A DNA stretch of 64,000 bases, from the IMG/VR virus record IMGVR_UViG_3300034072_000926, positions 62,001-126,000 of that record. One strand, given 5' to 3'. Both the position numbers and the translations under genes were made by a program. The notes under the pieces were generated by a model. It was not told where the DNA came from. It searched no databases and saw only the letters and a list, made by a program, of their open reading frames with translations. Within the stretch, counting starts at the first letter, position 1. Every line of letters starts with the position of its first letter. This document shows positions 35,949-45,509 of this stretch, piece after piece.

Positions 35949-37137
35949 CTTCGATTCTCTTTCTCGTATCGTAGAACATGTTCAGAGTTCGTTGGTGCAA
36001 ATCCTCATGCAGATAACTGATCCTGTTGGCTTCGGATAAGTCAAACATATTCGGGTTAAGGACCAACTTATGTCTCGATGCTTTGTATCTCTCTAATAGC
36101 ACATCCAGGCGCTCAAGTCGCTTTGCTTTTGGCCAATCCTTTGTCCGGCTCAAGAAACTCGGTCGATTAGGACGCCGACCACCTACAATCCAGTATTTCA
36201 CAAGATGTGTAAACTTGTTTAGTTCGGCGAAGCGTGGATTGTTCATCTTGAACTTCAATCCAGAAGATTCAACAACCATTCCTTCGTGTAGGGAATACCA
36301 ACTACTATGTCCGAGATTTATATATCGGAGATGATGGTTAGTGATGACCTGGTGTGCTATCCGTTCTTTAATGGATTTAATGACATTATGATAATGGGTT
36401 TTGATTACGATGCGTTCTGTCTTGATCTGTTCTTTTAGTTCAGACCATTTACGACCATTAGTCTTAGGATGAGTCCTAGCGAGACTGGCTTCCAATATGT
36501 CTTGATAAGTGAACTCATCAACATTGCTCATTCGCTGAGAGAACGAAATAAGCAACTGATATGCAGCGGTTATAGTGTCATTGAGCTCGCTAGTTCTGTT
36601 CTCGTTAACCTTTTGATTCACCGCGAAGCCACAAATAGTCGGATTATTAATCTCGCTGAGTGTCCTACCATCTAGAGAGACTTGGGTTTTCGGTAGAAGA
36701 TTCGTTCGGAACGTCTTGATCAATTTCTCAGTTTCGCGGGAGACCATGAAGTTCGAATATGTAATAACGATCTTGAATCTAGAATGCTCCCAAGTATGAT
36801 AAGGAACACTATTAGGGAGTTCGCCCTGGATGATCTCTGCCCCGAAGGTGTTTCCCTTTTCGATGAGACCGAGACTTATGAGTTCGCTGACAAGCATCAT
36901 CGAGCAATGATGAGCGTGATGATATGTCTGAGCCCAACACTCGTCCGGCCATTCTGCTAGACTATAACAGGGAGGCGCACCCTTGCGCTTGGAAAAGAAT
37001 CGACCCTCCTCATCAAGACCAAACTCAAGCGAGGAGCCATCTAGCTTCTCACTGATTGTCCAGCCGCGATTGAACGAATCCAGTAGTGTCTGGATCGGGA
37101 GATCTTCTATGTGAGGTAGACTGGTCATGCCCTGCAT
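35938..37137 (-). CDS. RNA/DNA ligase-like nucleotidyltransferase
   Basis: PHIEDL, SEKLDGS (KxDG), AEII, EGMVV, FK motifs. Confidence 0.7.
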   Translation of the reverse strand: MQGMTSLPHIEDLPIQTLLDSFNRGWTISEKLDGSSLEFGLDEEGRFFSKRKGAPPCYSLAEWPDECWAQTYHHAHHCSMMLVSELISLGLIEKGNTFGAEIIQGELPNSVPYHTWEHSRFKIVITYSNFMVSRETEKLIKTFRTNLLPKTQVSLDGRTLSEINNPTICGFAVNQKVNENRTSELNDTITAAYQLLISFSQRMSNVDEFTYQDILEASLARTHPKTNGRKWSELKEQIKTERIVIKTHYHNVIKSIKERIAHQVITNHHLRYINLGHSSWYSLHEGMVVESSGLKFKMNNPRFAELNKFTHLVKYWIVGGRRPNRPSFLSRTKDWPKAKRLERLDVLLERYKASRHKLVLNPNMFDLSEANRISYLHEDLHQRTLNMFYDTRKRIEDGR

Positions 37138-37166
37138 TTAGCATAGGCATGACCTCAGGTCAATTT

Positions 37167-38012
37167 TTAGGTGCGGCTGCGGAGAAGTGCAAAACCGATC
37201 ATCGACAGGATTTTTCTCTCCTTGTCGGTAAATTCGCTAGGCTTCCTAGTCATGCTGGCTTTACGCAATAAAGCGGAAACGGTCTGTGGGCTGATACCCA
37301 TAGCGTCCAGACCACGCATCATTTCTTTCGTGTCGTATTGACCGCTTGGCTTCTTGCCGCCTTCGTTCTTTCCGAGGTCAGCATTCATATTGATGCCACC
37401 GCGACCACCCTTCATGATACCAGCTTGAGCAGCCTGTGCGATTGCATCGGCTTTGTCATTTGCTGGTCCATTGTAGAGATAATTGTCGTTGATACGGGCT
37501 GCACTGGCGTTCATCATAATGTCGACGACATCATCGGGTAGCGGGACAGTCTCATCGTAGTCTTCCGCTTCGTTGGTCTTCTTACCGACTTCGCCATAGT
37601 CGCTCAGCTTTGTGTTGAGATCCTTAGGAAGAGGACGACCATCCTCTTCTTGTTCAGCGCCAGTCTTGATTGTCTTTTCGATTGGCTTTTCTTCAGCATT
37701 AGGCTCTGCAGGTTCATCAGACCCTTGACGCAAATTCGCCTTGTGCATCACAAAGTCAATGTCTTCGTCCGTGAAGCCAATCCTGTGAGTCATGAAACGA
37801 TCCATGTCCTCAAGGGTGCCTTCTCGATCTGTCTGGCCTAGCCAAGTGAGCCACTGCTTTTTGAGGTCACTGGCAAGCTTCTTGCGTTCCTTGTCGCCAA
37901 GACGACGCTTGATCTTATTCTTGAGATTTCCCACCCAACCTTCGTTGACAGGAGTTTCGCAAGACTCAAGGAGATTAAGGACTTGTCGCATCCTTTCGCT
38001 GTCATTTGACAT
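37167..38012 (-). CDS. hypothetical late/internal protein
   Basis: MR..LNLLE and VNE/G motifs; start re-assigned to MSNDSE. Confidence 0.65.
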   Translation of the reverse strand: MSNDSERMRQVLNLLESCETPVNEGWVGNLKNKIKRRLGDKERKKLASDLKKQWLTWLGQTDREGTLEDMDRFMTHRIGFTDEDIDFVMHKANLRQGSDEPAEPNAEEKPIEKTIKTGAEQEEDGRPLPKDLNTKLSDYGEVGKKTNEAEDYDETVPLPDDVVDIMMNASAARINDNYLYNGPANDKADAIAQAAQAGIMKGGRGGINMNADLGKNEGGKKPSGQYDTKEMMRGLDAMGISPQTVSALLRKASMTRKPSEFTDKERKILSMIGFALLRSRT

Positions 38013-38274
38013 TCTTTTTCTTCTCCTCATCCTTACGGAATTCACGAATCTTGCGATTAAATTTGTCTGGGTCACGATTCTTGATAGCACCTAATAGGCG
38101 ACGTTGCAACTCATCAGCTTCCTCTTCAGAGAAAGTTTCCGAAATCAAGTTCATGAGATTAACCGCACTAGCGATCACATTAGTCGCTCGTGCTTCTAAG
38201 ATTTGGTGCCTATCCCTCTGAGGGACGAAGAGATCGAGCTCTTCGATTAAGCTTTTTACGCGAGCGTCTTTCAT
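38002..38274 (-). CDS. conserved hypothetical phage protein
   Basis: SLIEEL...E.RA.NVI.SA.NL...L.RRL..AI...DP.KF. Confidence 0.7.
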   Translation of the reverse strand: MKDARVKSLIEELDLFVPQRDRHQILEARATNVIASAVNLMNLISETFSEEEADELQRRLLGAIKNRDPDKFNRKIREFRKDEEKKKNVK

Positions 38275-38280
38275 CGGCCC

Positions 38281-38562
38281 TTACTCCTTGGAGAATCCAG
38301 AATAGCGTTCCAATAGTCGCTCTAACATATTGGCAGCGAGTGCTAAACCCTCTTCGACGCCACGAGCGTAGTCCAGATTGTCGTCCGACTCACTGTAACT
38401 GCGAAGTTTGAAAATCATATCATTAACATCTTCTAAAAGATATGGAGAGTCATCGAGGTCAGGGACCTCGATGGTCTCCAGAATCATGTCGTCCTCCTGG
38501 GACATCGTGGTGCTTTCAGTTAACCTGAAATACCTCCTAATGTCATCGGGTTGACTGTCCAT
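38281..38562 (-). CDS. hypothetical protein
   Basis: AGGAG RBS; TAAATA at 38591. Confidence 0.65.
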   Translation of the reverse strand: MDSQPDDIRRYFRLTESTTMSQEDDMILETIEVPDLDDSPYLLEDVNDMIFKLRSYSESDDNLDYARGVEEGLALAANMLERLLERYSGFSKE

Positions 38563-38602
38563 TCATGACTCTCCTAACTGGCGCGCACCCTATTTAGCAG
38601 AA

Positions 38603-40123
38603 TCACTTATTGAGCTTCTTTGCAAAAGCACGGAGTGCGGCTCCATCCATCTGCATCTTTCCAGCTGCTGACGGAACAGGAACTGGGTTCCTTTGCAGAA
38701 CAGGATTCAATGCTGCATCACCTTTTGGCAATGTAGGATCCTTCTCAGGTGAGAAGGAAGTGCCAATTGACTTAGGAACAACGGTCGAAACATTGCCCTT
38801 TAGACCAGCTGCAATGGGCGACATGCCTGAACTGCGACCCTCGGCCATTTCCTGCGGAGCATCAGTGATCCTCAGTGTATTGGGATCAATCTTAAGGAAG
38901 ATCTTCTGACCAACACCAGATGACGAACGAGTCTTAAGGAACTGAATCTGATATTCGCCACGTTCTTTCATAGCCGCAGTTGTGAGGATCGCCATCACGT
39001 TATCCGCGGTGTTGATCTTCGAGATACCGCCTGCAATGTGGCTTGCGTCGAAGTCTTGTTCCTGAATAGAAGCACGGTTGAGCTGCGATGCAGTCGCACA
39101 AAGGATGTTCCATTCGACTGCAAGAGCACGAAGTTCTTCAGATGTGAACTTGTCCTTAATGAACTGGTCACTGACGTTAATCTTACCACTGTTCGGGTGC
39201 ATCAGGTCAAGGTAGTCGACCACGATAGCATCAGGGCGCGCACCTGTCTGAATCTCAAATTCCTGCAGGTATGCACGAATGTCATTCGCCGTGGTGCCGG
39301 CCATCGGCAGCTTCTTAATTTGAAGCTTGCCCCACTTGTGAGCCTTGCCACCACTCTTACGCATCATACCAAGGCGCATCGCAACTTCGTCGATGTCCTT
39401 AAAGATCTGCTTCGTCGGCATCTCGGTGATCATTGCGTCATAGCGAAGACCAACGAGTTCTTCAGAAAGTTCCATCGTGATGTAGATCACGCTCAAGCCC
39501 ATCTGCACCCAGTTAAGCGCAAGGTTCTGTAAGAACAGTGATTTACCCGTACCAGGTCCACCGCAGAAGAAGCTGATTTCACCTCGGTTGAAACCACCAT
39601 AAAGCTTGGAGTCAATGTCCTTCCAGCCAGTTGGTGTGGTATCAGTCTTATCCCTCATGCGTTCTAGACGCTCTTTGGGATCCATGAAATAGTCGGTGCC
39701 TAGTTCAGTCTGTAGACTGATCAGCATGTTCTCTTTTGAACGGCGTTCTAGTTCAGCATAGTCGCCCTTGGAGATCAACTGAGGACCTTCAAAGACAAGA
39801 GCTTCCATGGCCTTATGACGACAGAAATCTGCAATCGTGTTCAGGAACCATTCAACGTGATTCGACTGAACATTTGGGATAATTGGCGTATCAATCCCAG
39901 TCTCTGCCGTGACCTGTTCAGGTGTAGGTAGAGCACGGTATTCGTTTGTGAACTTCTGGATATAGCGAACTGCCGGACGTAGGCGCTCATTCCAGTATTC
40001 GGGCTTTACGATATTCTGACAACGAACATAGGCGCTGTTGTCAGTAAGCATGAACTGAATGAGGACCTTCTGGACCTCTTCGCTATATTCCTTGAGCTCT
40101 GTTTGTTCTTTTCTCTGGCTCAC
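38603..40123 (-). CDS. replicative DnaB-like helicase (T4 gp41-like)
   Basis: PTGW..ID..LYGG, GGPGTGKS, YITMELSE, VVDYLDL, TASQLNR, KTRSS. Confidence 0.93.
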   Translation of the reverse strand: MSQRKEQTELKEYSEEVQKVLIQFMLTDNSAYVRCQNIVKPEYWNERLRPAVRYIQKFTNEYRALPTPEQVTAETGIDTPIIPNVQSNHVEWFLNTIADFCRHKAMEALVFEGPQLISKGDYAELERRSKENMLISLQTELGTDYFMDPKERLERMRDKTDTTPTGWKDIDSKLYGGFNRGEISFFCGGPGTGKSLFLQNLALNWVQMGLSVIYITMELSEELVGLRYDAMITEMPTKQIFKDIDEVAMRLGMMRKSGGKAHKWGKLQIKKLPMAGTTANDIRAYLQEFEIQTGARPDAIVVDYLDLMHPNSGKINVSDQFIKDKFTSEELRALAVEWNILCATASQLNRASIQEQDFDASHIAGGISKINTADNVMAILTTAAMKERGEYQIQFLKTRSSSGVGQKIFLKIDPNTLRITDAPQEMAEGRSSGMSPIAAGLKGNVSTVVPKSIGTSFSPEKDPTLPKGDAALNPVLQRNPVPVPSAAGKMQMDGAALRAFAKKLNK

Positions 40124-40139
40124 AGGACCTCCTGGTCTC

Positions 40140-41171
40140 TTATACTAAGCGTTGCCGCCTTACACCTATTTCTAGCTTATTCTTTGTCATTGCATCAATA
40201 ATTGACCACACCGTATAGAGTTTTCCGTAAGCTTTTACCGCATCTGCGGCGTCCTTGATGCCAGTGTCCCAACGAGGAAAGGACACATACCATCCCTCAC
40301 TGAGGGCAGTATCAACAAGCTTACCGCCTTGTTCTACGCGGTCGGGAACAACAATGATTTTCTTGCCAGTTTGATTAAGCCAACGTGCTTGGTCAGGCAT
40401 GACCTTGTCACCAAGCATCGCAATACCATTTATCGCGATACCATCGAAGGGTCCTTCACAGACGAATAGAAATTCCCAGTCCTTCTTGATCGCTTCGGTG
40501 TTGAAGAGATAACGAGGCTGGACTTCACTAAAGTATCGCATTGGTGACGAATTGTCGATCACACGAGCAGTCCAACCGACGACTTCATGTTCCCAGAAGA
40601 AGGGAATGATAACTCGACGATTCAATCCATTTGTCTTCTCAGGTGTCCAATAGAAGTCTGCCCCTAAGAGGACTTCATCACCACGAGTTGACAAGTAGGC
40701 AAGAGCATCGAGGAAGTCTGGATCGGTTAGTTCATGCTCGAGCCAGAACGTGATTGGTTTGGCACCCTTAGGCAAAGGCACTGGCTTGAACTCTAGTCGC
40801 TCGAGAAGTTCACGAGGGGCCATGGAGACCAACTCACCCTTCTCAAGCATGTTCTTCCTCAGTTCCTCAACATAGAAACCAAGCCAATCAAGTTCTTCCT
40901 TAGGCATACCCAGCCACTGGAAGTAATCTTTCCACTTTGTAGTGAATCGACTTCCAGGTGTCCAAGCAGTCTTAAAGCCACAGTTGAAGCAGGAGATTGT
41001 TGTTCGACCGTCGAAGTCAAACATCAATCCTCCACGCTTCTTAGTATCAGGTCGGGACTGTCCGTTATGAATGCAGCATGGACCATTGAATCTCATCCAC
41101 CTACTAGGAGTGGATTGCGCTCCAGATATATGCTTGATTAGGGCATCGTAGACGAGAGTCAAAGGGTTCAT
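40140..41171 (-). CDS. DNA primase (gp61/DnaG-like, Zn finger plus TOPRIM)
   Basis: PCCIH...CFNCGF, RVIIPF, VGWTAR, VCEGPFD, KDAADAV. Confidence 0.88.
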   Translation of the reverse strand: MNPLTLVYDALIKHISGAQSTPSRWMRFNGPCCIHNGQSRPDTKKRGGLMFDFDGRTTISCFNCGFKTAWTPGSRFTTKWKDYFQWLGMPKEELDWLGFYVEELRKNMLEKGELVSMAPRELLERLEFKPVPLPKGAKPITFWLEHELTDPDFLDALAYLSTRGDEVLLGADFYWTPEKTNGLNRRVIIPFFWEHEVVGWTARVIDNSSPMRYFSEVQPRYLFNTEAIKKDWEFLFVCEGPFDGIAINGIAMLGDKVMPDQARWLNQTGKKIIVVPDRVEQGGKLVDTALSEGWYVSFPRWDTGIKDAADAVKAYGKLYTVWSIIDAMTKNKLEIGVRRQRLV

Positions 41172-42922
41172 TAGAGTTCAAACAATCCATCGTTCATGAT
41201 AGCCAGCTTTGGCTTGTTTTCGGCCAGGGTTGCAGCTTCTGCTTCCTTCCTAGCCTTCGTGACCTGCTTGTGTTCCTTGATGTCACCCAACTCGAAAGTT
41301 GAATAGTCAAGAACGCCACGTTCTGCATTGTCACTTGCAAGATAGTTCAGGATCTTACGATTCTTCTCAAGGTAGTCGTTGTAGTTCTCAACCTTGAAAG
41401 CTTCCTCGATGACACCCTTGAGCTCAAGCAACTGGGCCGGAACCTTCGCGGGATCATTCGAGTCGTAGAGTTCCTGAGACTCATAAACGCCTTCTAGGTG
41501 AACCTGGACGTTATGATTCATCAGCATTGCATAGGTAACAACGTCCCATGTCGAAGTGAACTTAGGGTCCACGTTGACACAGATATCACCCATTGTGAGG
41601 CGCTTGCCGATTTCAGTCTCAACAAAGCGAGAACCTTCGACACCCTTGAGACGTTCGTCGAACATGTCCTTCAGAACATCAAGGAAGGGACGATCAGCTT
41701 CCGAGCCCTTAGCAGGGAGAGGAATCTTCTGTCCGTTCTCATCCAACTTATAGACAATCCTGTCCTTACCTGTCGATATCATTTCGTGACCGATTTGTTC
41801 AATACCGTCCTTATCGAAATAGGTATTGGTAGGCAGGTAGTGACGACCGTCTAGCTTCTCACCCTGAATTGACCAGCTGTCCTTGTTCAGGTTATAGCCG
41901 AGGAAGACCTTGCCATAAGCTGCTAGGGTGAAGGGTGACGAAACGTCATAGGAGATCGTGAAGTTCGGATTGATCTGTTCACGAACCTGACGCTGGATGG
42001 TGGTATAGATGCAACCGTGCTGGAACTTGCCAACACCAAGAAAGTGCATCCAGTCCTTGTCCTGCAGGAGACCGTCATCCCTCATATTGAGGATACGACC
42101 CAAGCCCATCTCAAAGTTTTCCTTGTGATGGCTTGCAAGCGACCAACCCTCAAAGGGATAGTGCTTGACGTTCTCATACCAAATCTTAGATTCGGTTGGA
42201 TTACGACCCTGAACAACATTTAGGAACTTCGTTGCGCCAGGAACTCGGTTAGCCACGAAGTAATCGTTGTTGATGATCGTCTGCAACATACAGGCGTAAT
42301 AGAGACGATCATTGATGTCATTGACGTTGCCACCATTCTTGATAATAAGGGCATCGAGTGCCGCCTTATTATTGAAATCCGGAGACTGGAAGGTTTCCAT
42401 CTTCGGAGTACCATCTTCGTTGAAGATCTTCTTCTTGTTGGCGTCAATGGCTTGCAAGAAGCCAGTCGTCGATTCAAGACGCTCAAGGTGACGGTCGATG
42501 TTACCAAGACCAATACCACCAGTTGGGAAGTCGAGGACCATTGACCAATCACAGTTGGCTTCCATCCAGCGCATCATCTTCTCGCGGGTCTTATCGCCCT
42601 CGAACTTGATCGCGCCTGTCTGGATCTGAAATCCACCAGAGTCGCCCAACACCGTGAACATGCCAGGTGTGCGATCACGACCAGTAACCATGTCCTTGCG
42701 ATGCGTGACTGCATTGCCCTTAGCAGCCTGTCCGGCCGAATATAGAGCGCTGTTCAGATAGAACAGGTTCGTGTTCGAATCAAAGAAATTCAAATCACTA
42801 CGAGGGATAGGTGGCTCCCTCTTTGGGTTTTCCGCATTCACGTAGCGGACATACATTTCTGAGATAGCCGGTGTGAACCGAGCATAATCTCGATATCTCT
42901 TGGAATAGTCAATACCGGACAT
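41171..42922 (-). CDS. tRNA-guanine transglycosylase superfamily protein (DpdA-like 7-deazaguanine DNA transglycosylase candidate)
   Basis: GDSGGFQ, LDFP, VVQG, HFLG, SYD.SSP motifs. Confidence 0.8.
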   Translation of the reverse strand: MSGIDYSKRYRDYARFTPAISEMYVRYVNAENPKREPPIPRSDLNFFDSNTNLFYLNSALYSAGQAAKGNAVTHRKDMVTGRDRTPGMFTVLGDSGGFQIQTGAIKFEGDKTREKMMRWMEANCDWSMVLDFPTGGIGLGNIDRHLERLESTTGFLQAIDANKKKIFNEDGTPKMETFQSPDFNNKAALDALIIKNGGNVNDINDRLYYACMLQTIINNDYFVANRVPGATKFLNVVQGRNPTESKIWYENVKHYPFEGWSLASHHKENFEMGLGRILNMRDDGLLQDKDWMHFLGVGKFQHGCIYTTIQRQVREQINPNFTISYDVSSPFTLAAYGKVFLGYNLNKDSWSIQGEKLDGRHYLPTNTYFDKDGIEQIGHEMISTGKDRIVYKLDENGQKIPLPAKGSEADRPFLDVLKDMFDERLKGVEGSRFVETEIGKRLTMGDICVNVDPKFTSTWDVVTYAMLMNHNVQVHLEGVYESQELYDSNDPAKVPAQLLELKGVIEEAFKVENYNDYLEKNRKILNYLASDNAERGVLDYSTFELGDIKEHKQVTKARKEAEAATLAENKPKLAIMNDGLFEL

Positions 42923-42975
42923 TAACTGCCTCTCTTATAGGGTTAACCTCACTATAGGCTAACCTATTTAGGCAG

Positions 42976-43812
42976 TCAATTTCTAAACACCAGTTTGGTA
43001 ATTTTACCTTCGTCGGCAGGTAGAACATATGGGTTGAATTCCAGCTGTTCATACTTGTTGATCAAGTAGACACGAACCCACATGAAGTTGCCTTCAAAGG
43101 TAAAAGCTTCGGTAGAAGTCTGATGATCATATTCCCTGACTTCGATATCGAACCAGTTAAGTTCGGTTGGAACACTAGGCTCCAAACTCCCTTGGATCTT
43201 GAAGTGGCCAGAGAAGTTATCGAGGAATGCAACAAGGGTATGGACCCCTGAGGTGTTGTTTCGCTGGAGCGAGCCCTCTAGAGCGCTTGAAACGCGGATA
43301 GATGTATCAAGACCGTCAATCTCTGCATTGGTCAATGACAGAGCTTCGTAGGGGATTTCCACACTAGGCTGGGGATCGAAGATAGGACCCTGTGCTAGTT
43401 CAAAGAAACCAGTCTGACTTTCAAAGGTGTCCATGTAGAGCATGTGAGTGCTACCATCAACATTGGTGACTTGAACGCTATAGGAATAGGTCTGGAGAAA
43501 CCAATCGGCCGTAACATCAGGCAACAAGATTAGCTTGCAGATACCCTTTGCTTCGTCGATGACTTTGAGCTCCTGTTGGAAAAGAAGCTGACTTGTCTTC
43601 TGGTCAAAGAAATTGACCTTTGCGGTCCTACCCATCATGTTGACAGGCTTTCGATCGGCGTTCCTAACTACGAACTCGATATCATTCTGGACGTCTTTGA
43701 AGACACGGAAATCATTGCTGTTCATAGGCAGGTTCCAATTCACAACTCCACTGGGAAATTCCCTAAGGGTCAGTTCTACTCGTCGCTTCTTATCAAAGAG
43801 AAAAACGGTCAT
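42976..43812 (-). CDS. putative virion (baseplate/tail) structural protein
   Basis: Beta-rich; N.I.F.V.N.DRKP and G...IQGSL...W motifs; late promoter at 43858-43863. Confidence 0.6.
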   Translation of the reverse strand: MTVFLFDKKRRVELTLREFPSGVVNWNLPMNSNDFRVFKDVQNDIEFVVRNADRKPVNMMGRTAKVNFFDQKTSQLLFQQELKVIDEAKGICKLILLPDVTADWFLQTYSYSVQVTNVDGSTHMLYMDTFESQTGFFELAQGPIFDPQPSVEIPYEALSLTNAEIDGLDTSIRVSSALEGSLQRNNTSGVHTLVAFLDNFSGHFKIQGSLEPSVPTELNWFDIEVREYDHQTSTEAFTFEGNFMWVRVYLINKYEQLEFNPYVLPADEGKITKLVFRN

Positions 43813-43885
43813 TATTGCCCCTCAAGAAAGCCCAAACGGAAAGGGCTAAATACCCTGTATTTATTGTAGGAAACAAGGTCGCAAA

Positions 43886-44251
43886 GTGTTGCCGCAACTA
43901 GAAAACTTCCCATTCCTGACCCTTGGTCGATACCTCGATCAAGAATATCTTGGCATCGTGGGCAACTCAGATAATCAGATCACCTCGATCTATATCTATA
44001 ACTCCTTGCCAAATGAGGAGGCCAAGAAACTGTTCTTGCAGCTTGGCGATGAATGGTGGTGGGAAACCAATCGTCAAATTCCTATCAATGTCGTGCTGAA
44101 GGATCGCTGGGCTGTTTTCCGTCCATACCTGAAGACATTCATCACAAGCGACTTCGAGATCCTAAAGGGTCCATCGGTCAGCTTGGATGATGTTATGGTC
44201 AAACGTGTTCGTCGCCGTCAGATTCAGCTCGTCCGTAAACAGGAAGACTAA
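43886..44251 (+). CDS. conserved hypothetical phage protein
   Basis: FPFLT..Y...EY.GI, FL.LG.EWWWETNR.IPIN; late promoter at 43847-43852. Confidence 0.75.
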   Translation: MLPQLENFPFLTLGRYLDQEYLGIVGNSDNQITSIYIYNSLPNEEAKKLFLQLGDEWWWETNRQIPINVVLKDRWAVFRPYLKTFITSDFEILKGPSVSLDDVMVKRVRRRQIQLVRKQED

Positions 44252-44634
44252 AAGGATAGCCTGAACCTCAGTGCATCTATGAGGTTCTCAAATGTCCAGA
44301 TAAACGTCAACTGACTGACGTGTTCCATTCTGATAGAGAAGTCCCACTTGCCTAAGGCATTGTCTTGGATCCAATCTGTCATCTCATCAAAATATTTGTA
44401 GACAGTGCTATAACTCTTGAAGTCGTGCCTTAGGACGACTTTGTGATCTAGCTCACTTCCGTAATAGTTGACAAATCGTCCAGAGTGAAGATCAAGCTCG
44501 TCATATCTGAGCTTTGACATCTTCACACTATAGAGTATCTGTTCATTCGGATAGACAGAAGATATCACATCAACTGTCAACCACAAGCCGTCATGCTGGC
44601 TTGCGATTACAGTCTCATACCTCCGGTTCTGCAT
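44248..44634 (-). CDS. protein with FKLxW-type tail (IDALRFRLSF)
   Basis: W..DNA.GKW...F.N..DA..FRL.F. Confidence 0.6.
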   Translation of the reverse strand: MQNRRYETVIASQHDGLWLTVDVISSVYPNEQILYSVKMSKLRYDELDLHSGRFVNYYGSELDHKVVLRHDFKSYSTVYKYFDEMTDWIQDNALGKWDFSIRMEHVSQLTFIWTFENLIDALRFRLSF

Positions 44635-45214
44635 TGACTTTGTCGAGAAGCAGGTTGAGTTGGACAACAATCACATGCGCGTAGGAAATAGCGTGTGCCT
44701 TCTTGAACGCATAGTCATCATCAGCTAGTGGATCGACTTGCCAAATCTCTCTTTCGAGTTCCTCAAAAGGCAATCCCATGAGGTGTTGCTTACCTGGACG
44801 GATTACCGCGAGAACCATCGCGAGTTCAAGAATCGATTTCGGAGCATAAGCCGCTGTTAGTTCTGCCCATCGTCCTAGCTGGAAGAGTTGCCCAACTATG
44901 TCTTCATCAGTAAGGAGTTCCCACATGGGTTCCCTAGAGATCAGATCATCAAGATGCGCTTCGTCTCGAACATCCTTGTAGACGTTGAGATTCAGGAAGT
45001 CGATTTTGAAATAGCCTCGAGATTCTGCTTCCTCGTAAGGTATGCCTGAGAACCCCGTAAGTGGATCCTGAGGGATCGCTTGGAAATAGACACCCACGTT
45101 ATGTCGGCGCAATTCTCCGTTCTGTACCATGCTCGCAGGGATACAGAGAAGCCCCTCTAGTGCTTTGTCTCGATTCTGGAAGTCAATGTCAACGTCGGGA
45201 ACGAACTTACCCAT
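44615..45214 (-). CDS. minimal DNA polymerase III alpha (DnaE)-like protein
   Basis: PDVDIDF, H..GV, FKIDFL, LFQL, L.M.LAVIRPG, YAFKKAHAISYA. Confidence 0.85.
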   Translation of the reverse strand: MGKFVPDVDIDFQNRDKALEGLLCIPASMVQNGELRRHNVGVYFQAIPQDPLTGFSGIPYEEAESRGYFKIDFLNLNVYKDVRDEAHLDDLISREPMWELLTDEDIVGQLFQLGRWAELTAAYAPKSILELAMVLAVIRPGKQHLMGLPFEELEREIWQVDPLADDDYAFKKAHAISYAHVIVVQLNLLLDKVNAEPEV

Positions 45215-45486
45215 TAGAGGAACCTTAGCTTAAAGAGAACGGCGAGATCAGGGCGGTCTCGAAAGTCTACTCCACCCTTCTCGGGGAGACCTACTAGGTT
45301 TTGCTCGGCTACAAAGAAATCAACCTTATGGAGATCGAACCATTCCTTGAGTTCCTCACTCTTAGGATGGCCTTCTAGATAGTTGAAATCAAAATACAAA
45401 GAATCTTCACGCTGACTAAATTCAGCCAATTCTTCTTCTGCGATTTCAGCTAGGATGCGAGTTAATTTGTGAGAGTTTCTACCCAT
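45214..45486 (-). CDS. small protein with FKLxW-type tail (DLAVLFKLRFL)
   Basis: TAATG coupling to mini-DnaE; motif. Confidence 0.7.
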   Translation of the reverse strand: MGRNSHKLTRILAEIAEEELAEFSQREDSLYFDFNYLEGHPKSEELKEWFDLHKVDFFVAEQNLVGLPEKGGVDFRDRPDLAVLFKLRFL

Positions 45487-45509
45487 ATCACCAGGTTTAC
45501 AGAAACAGG

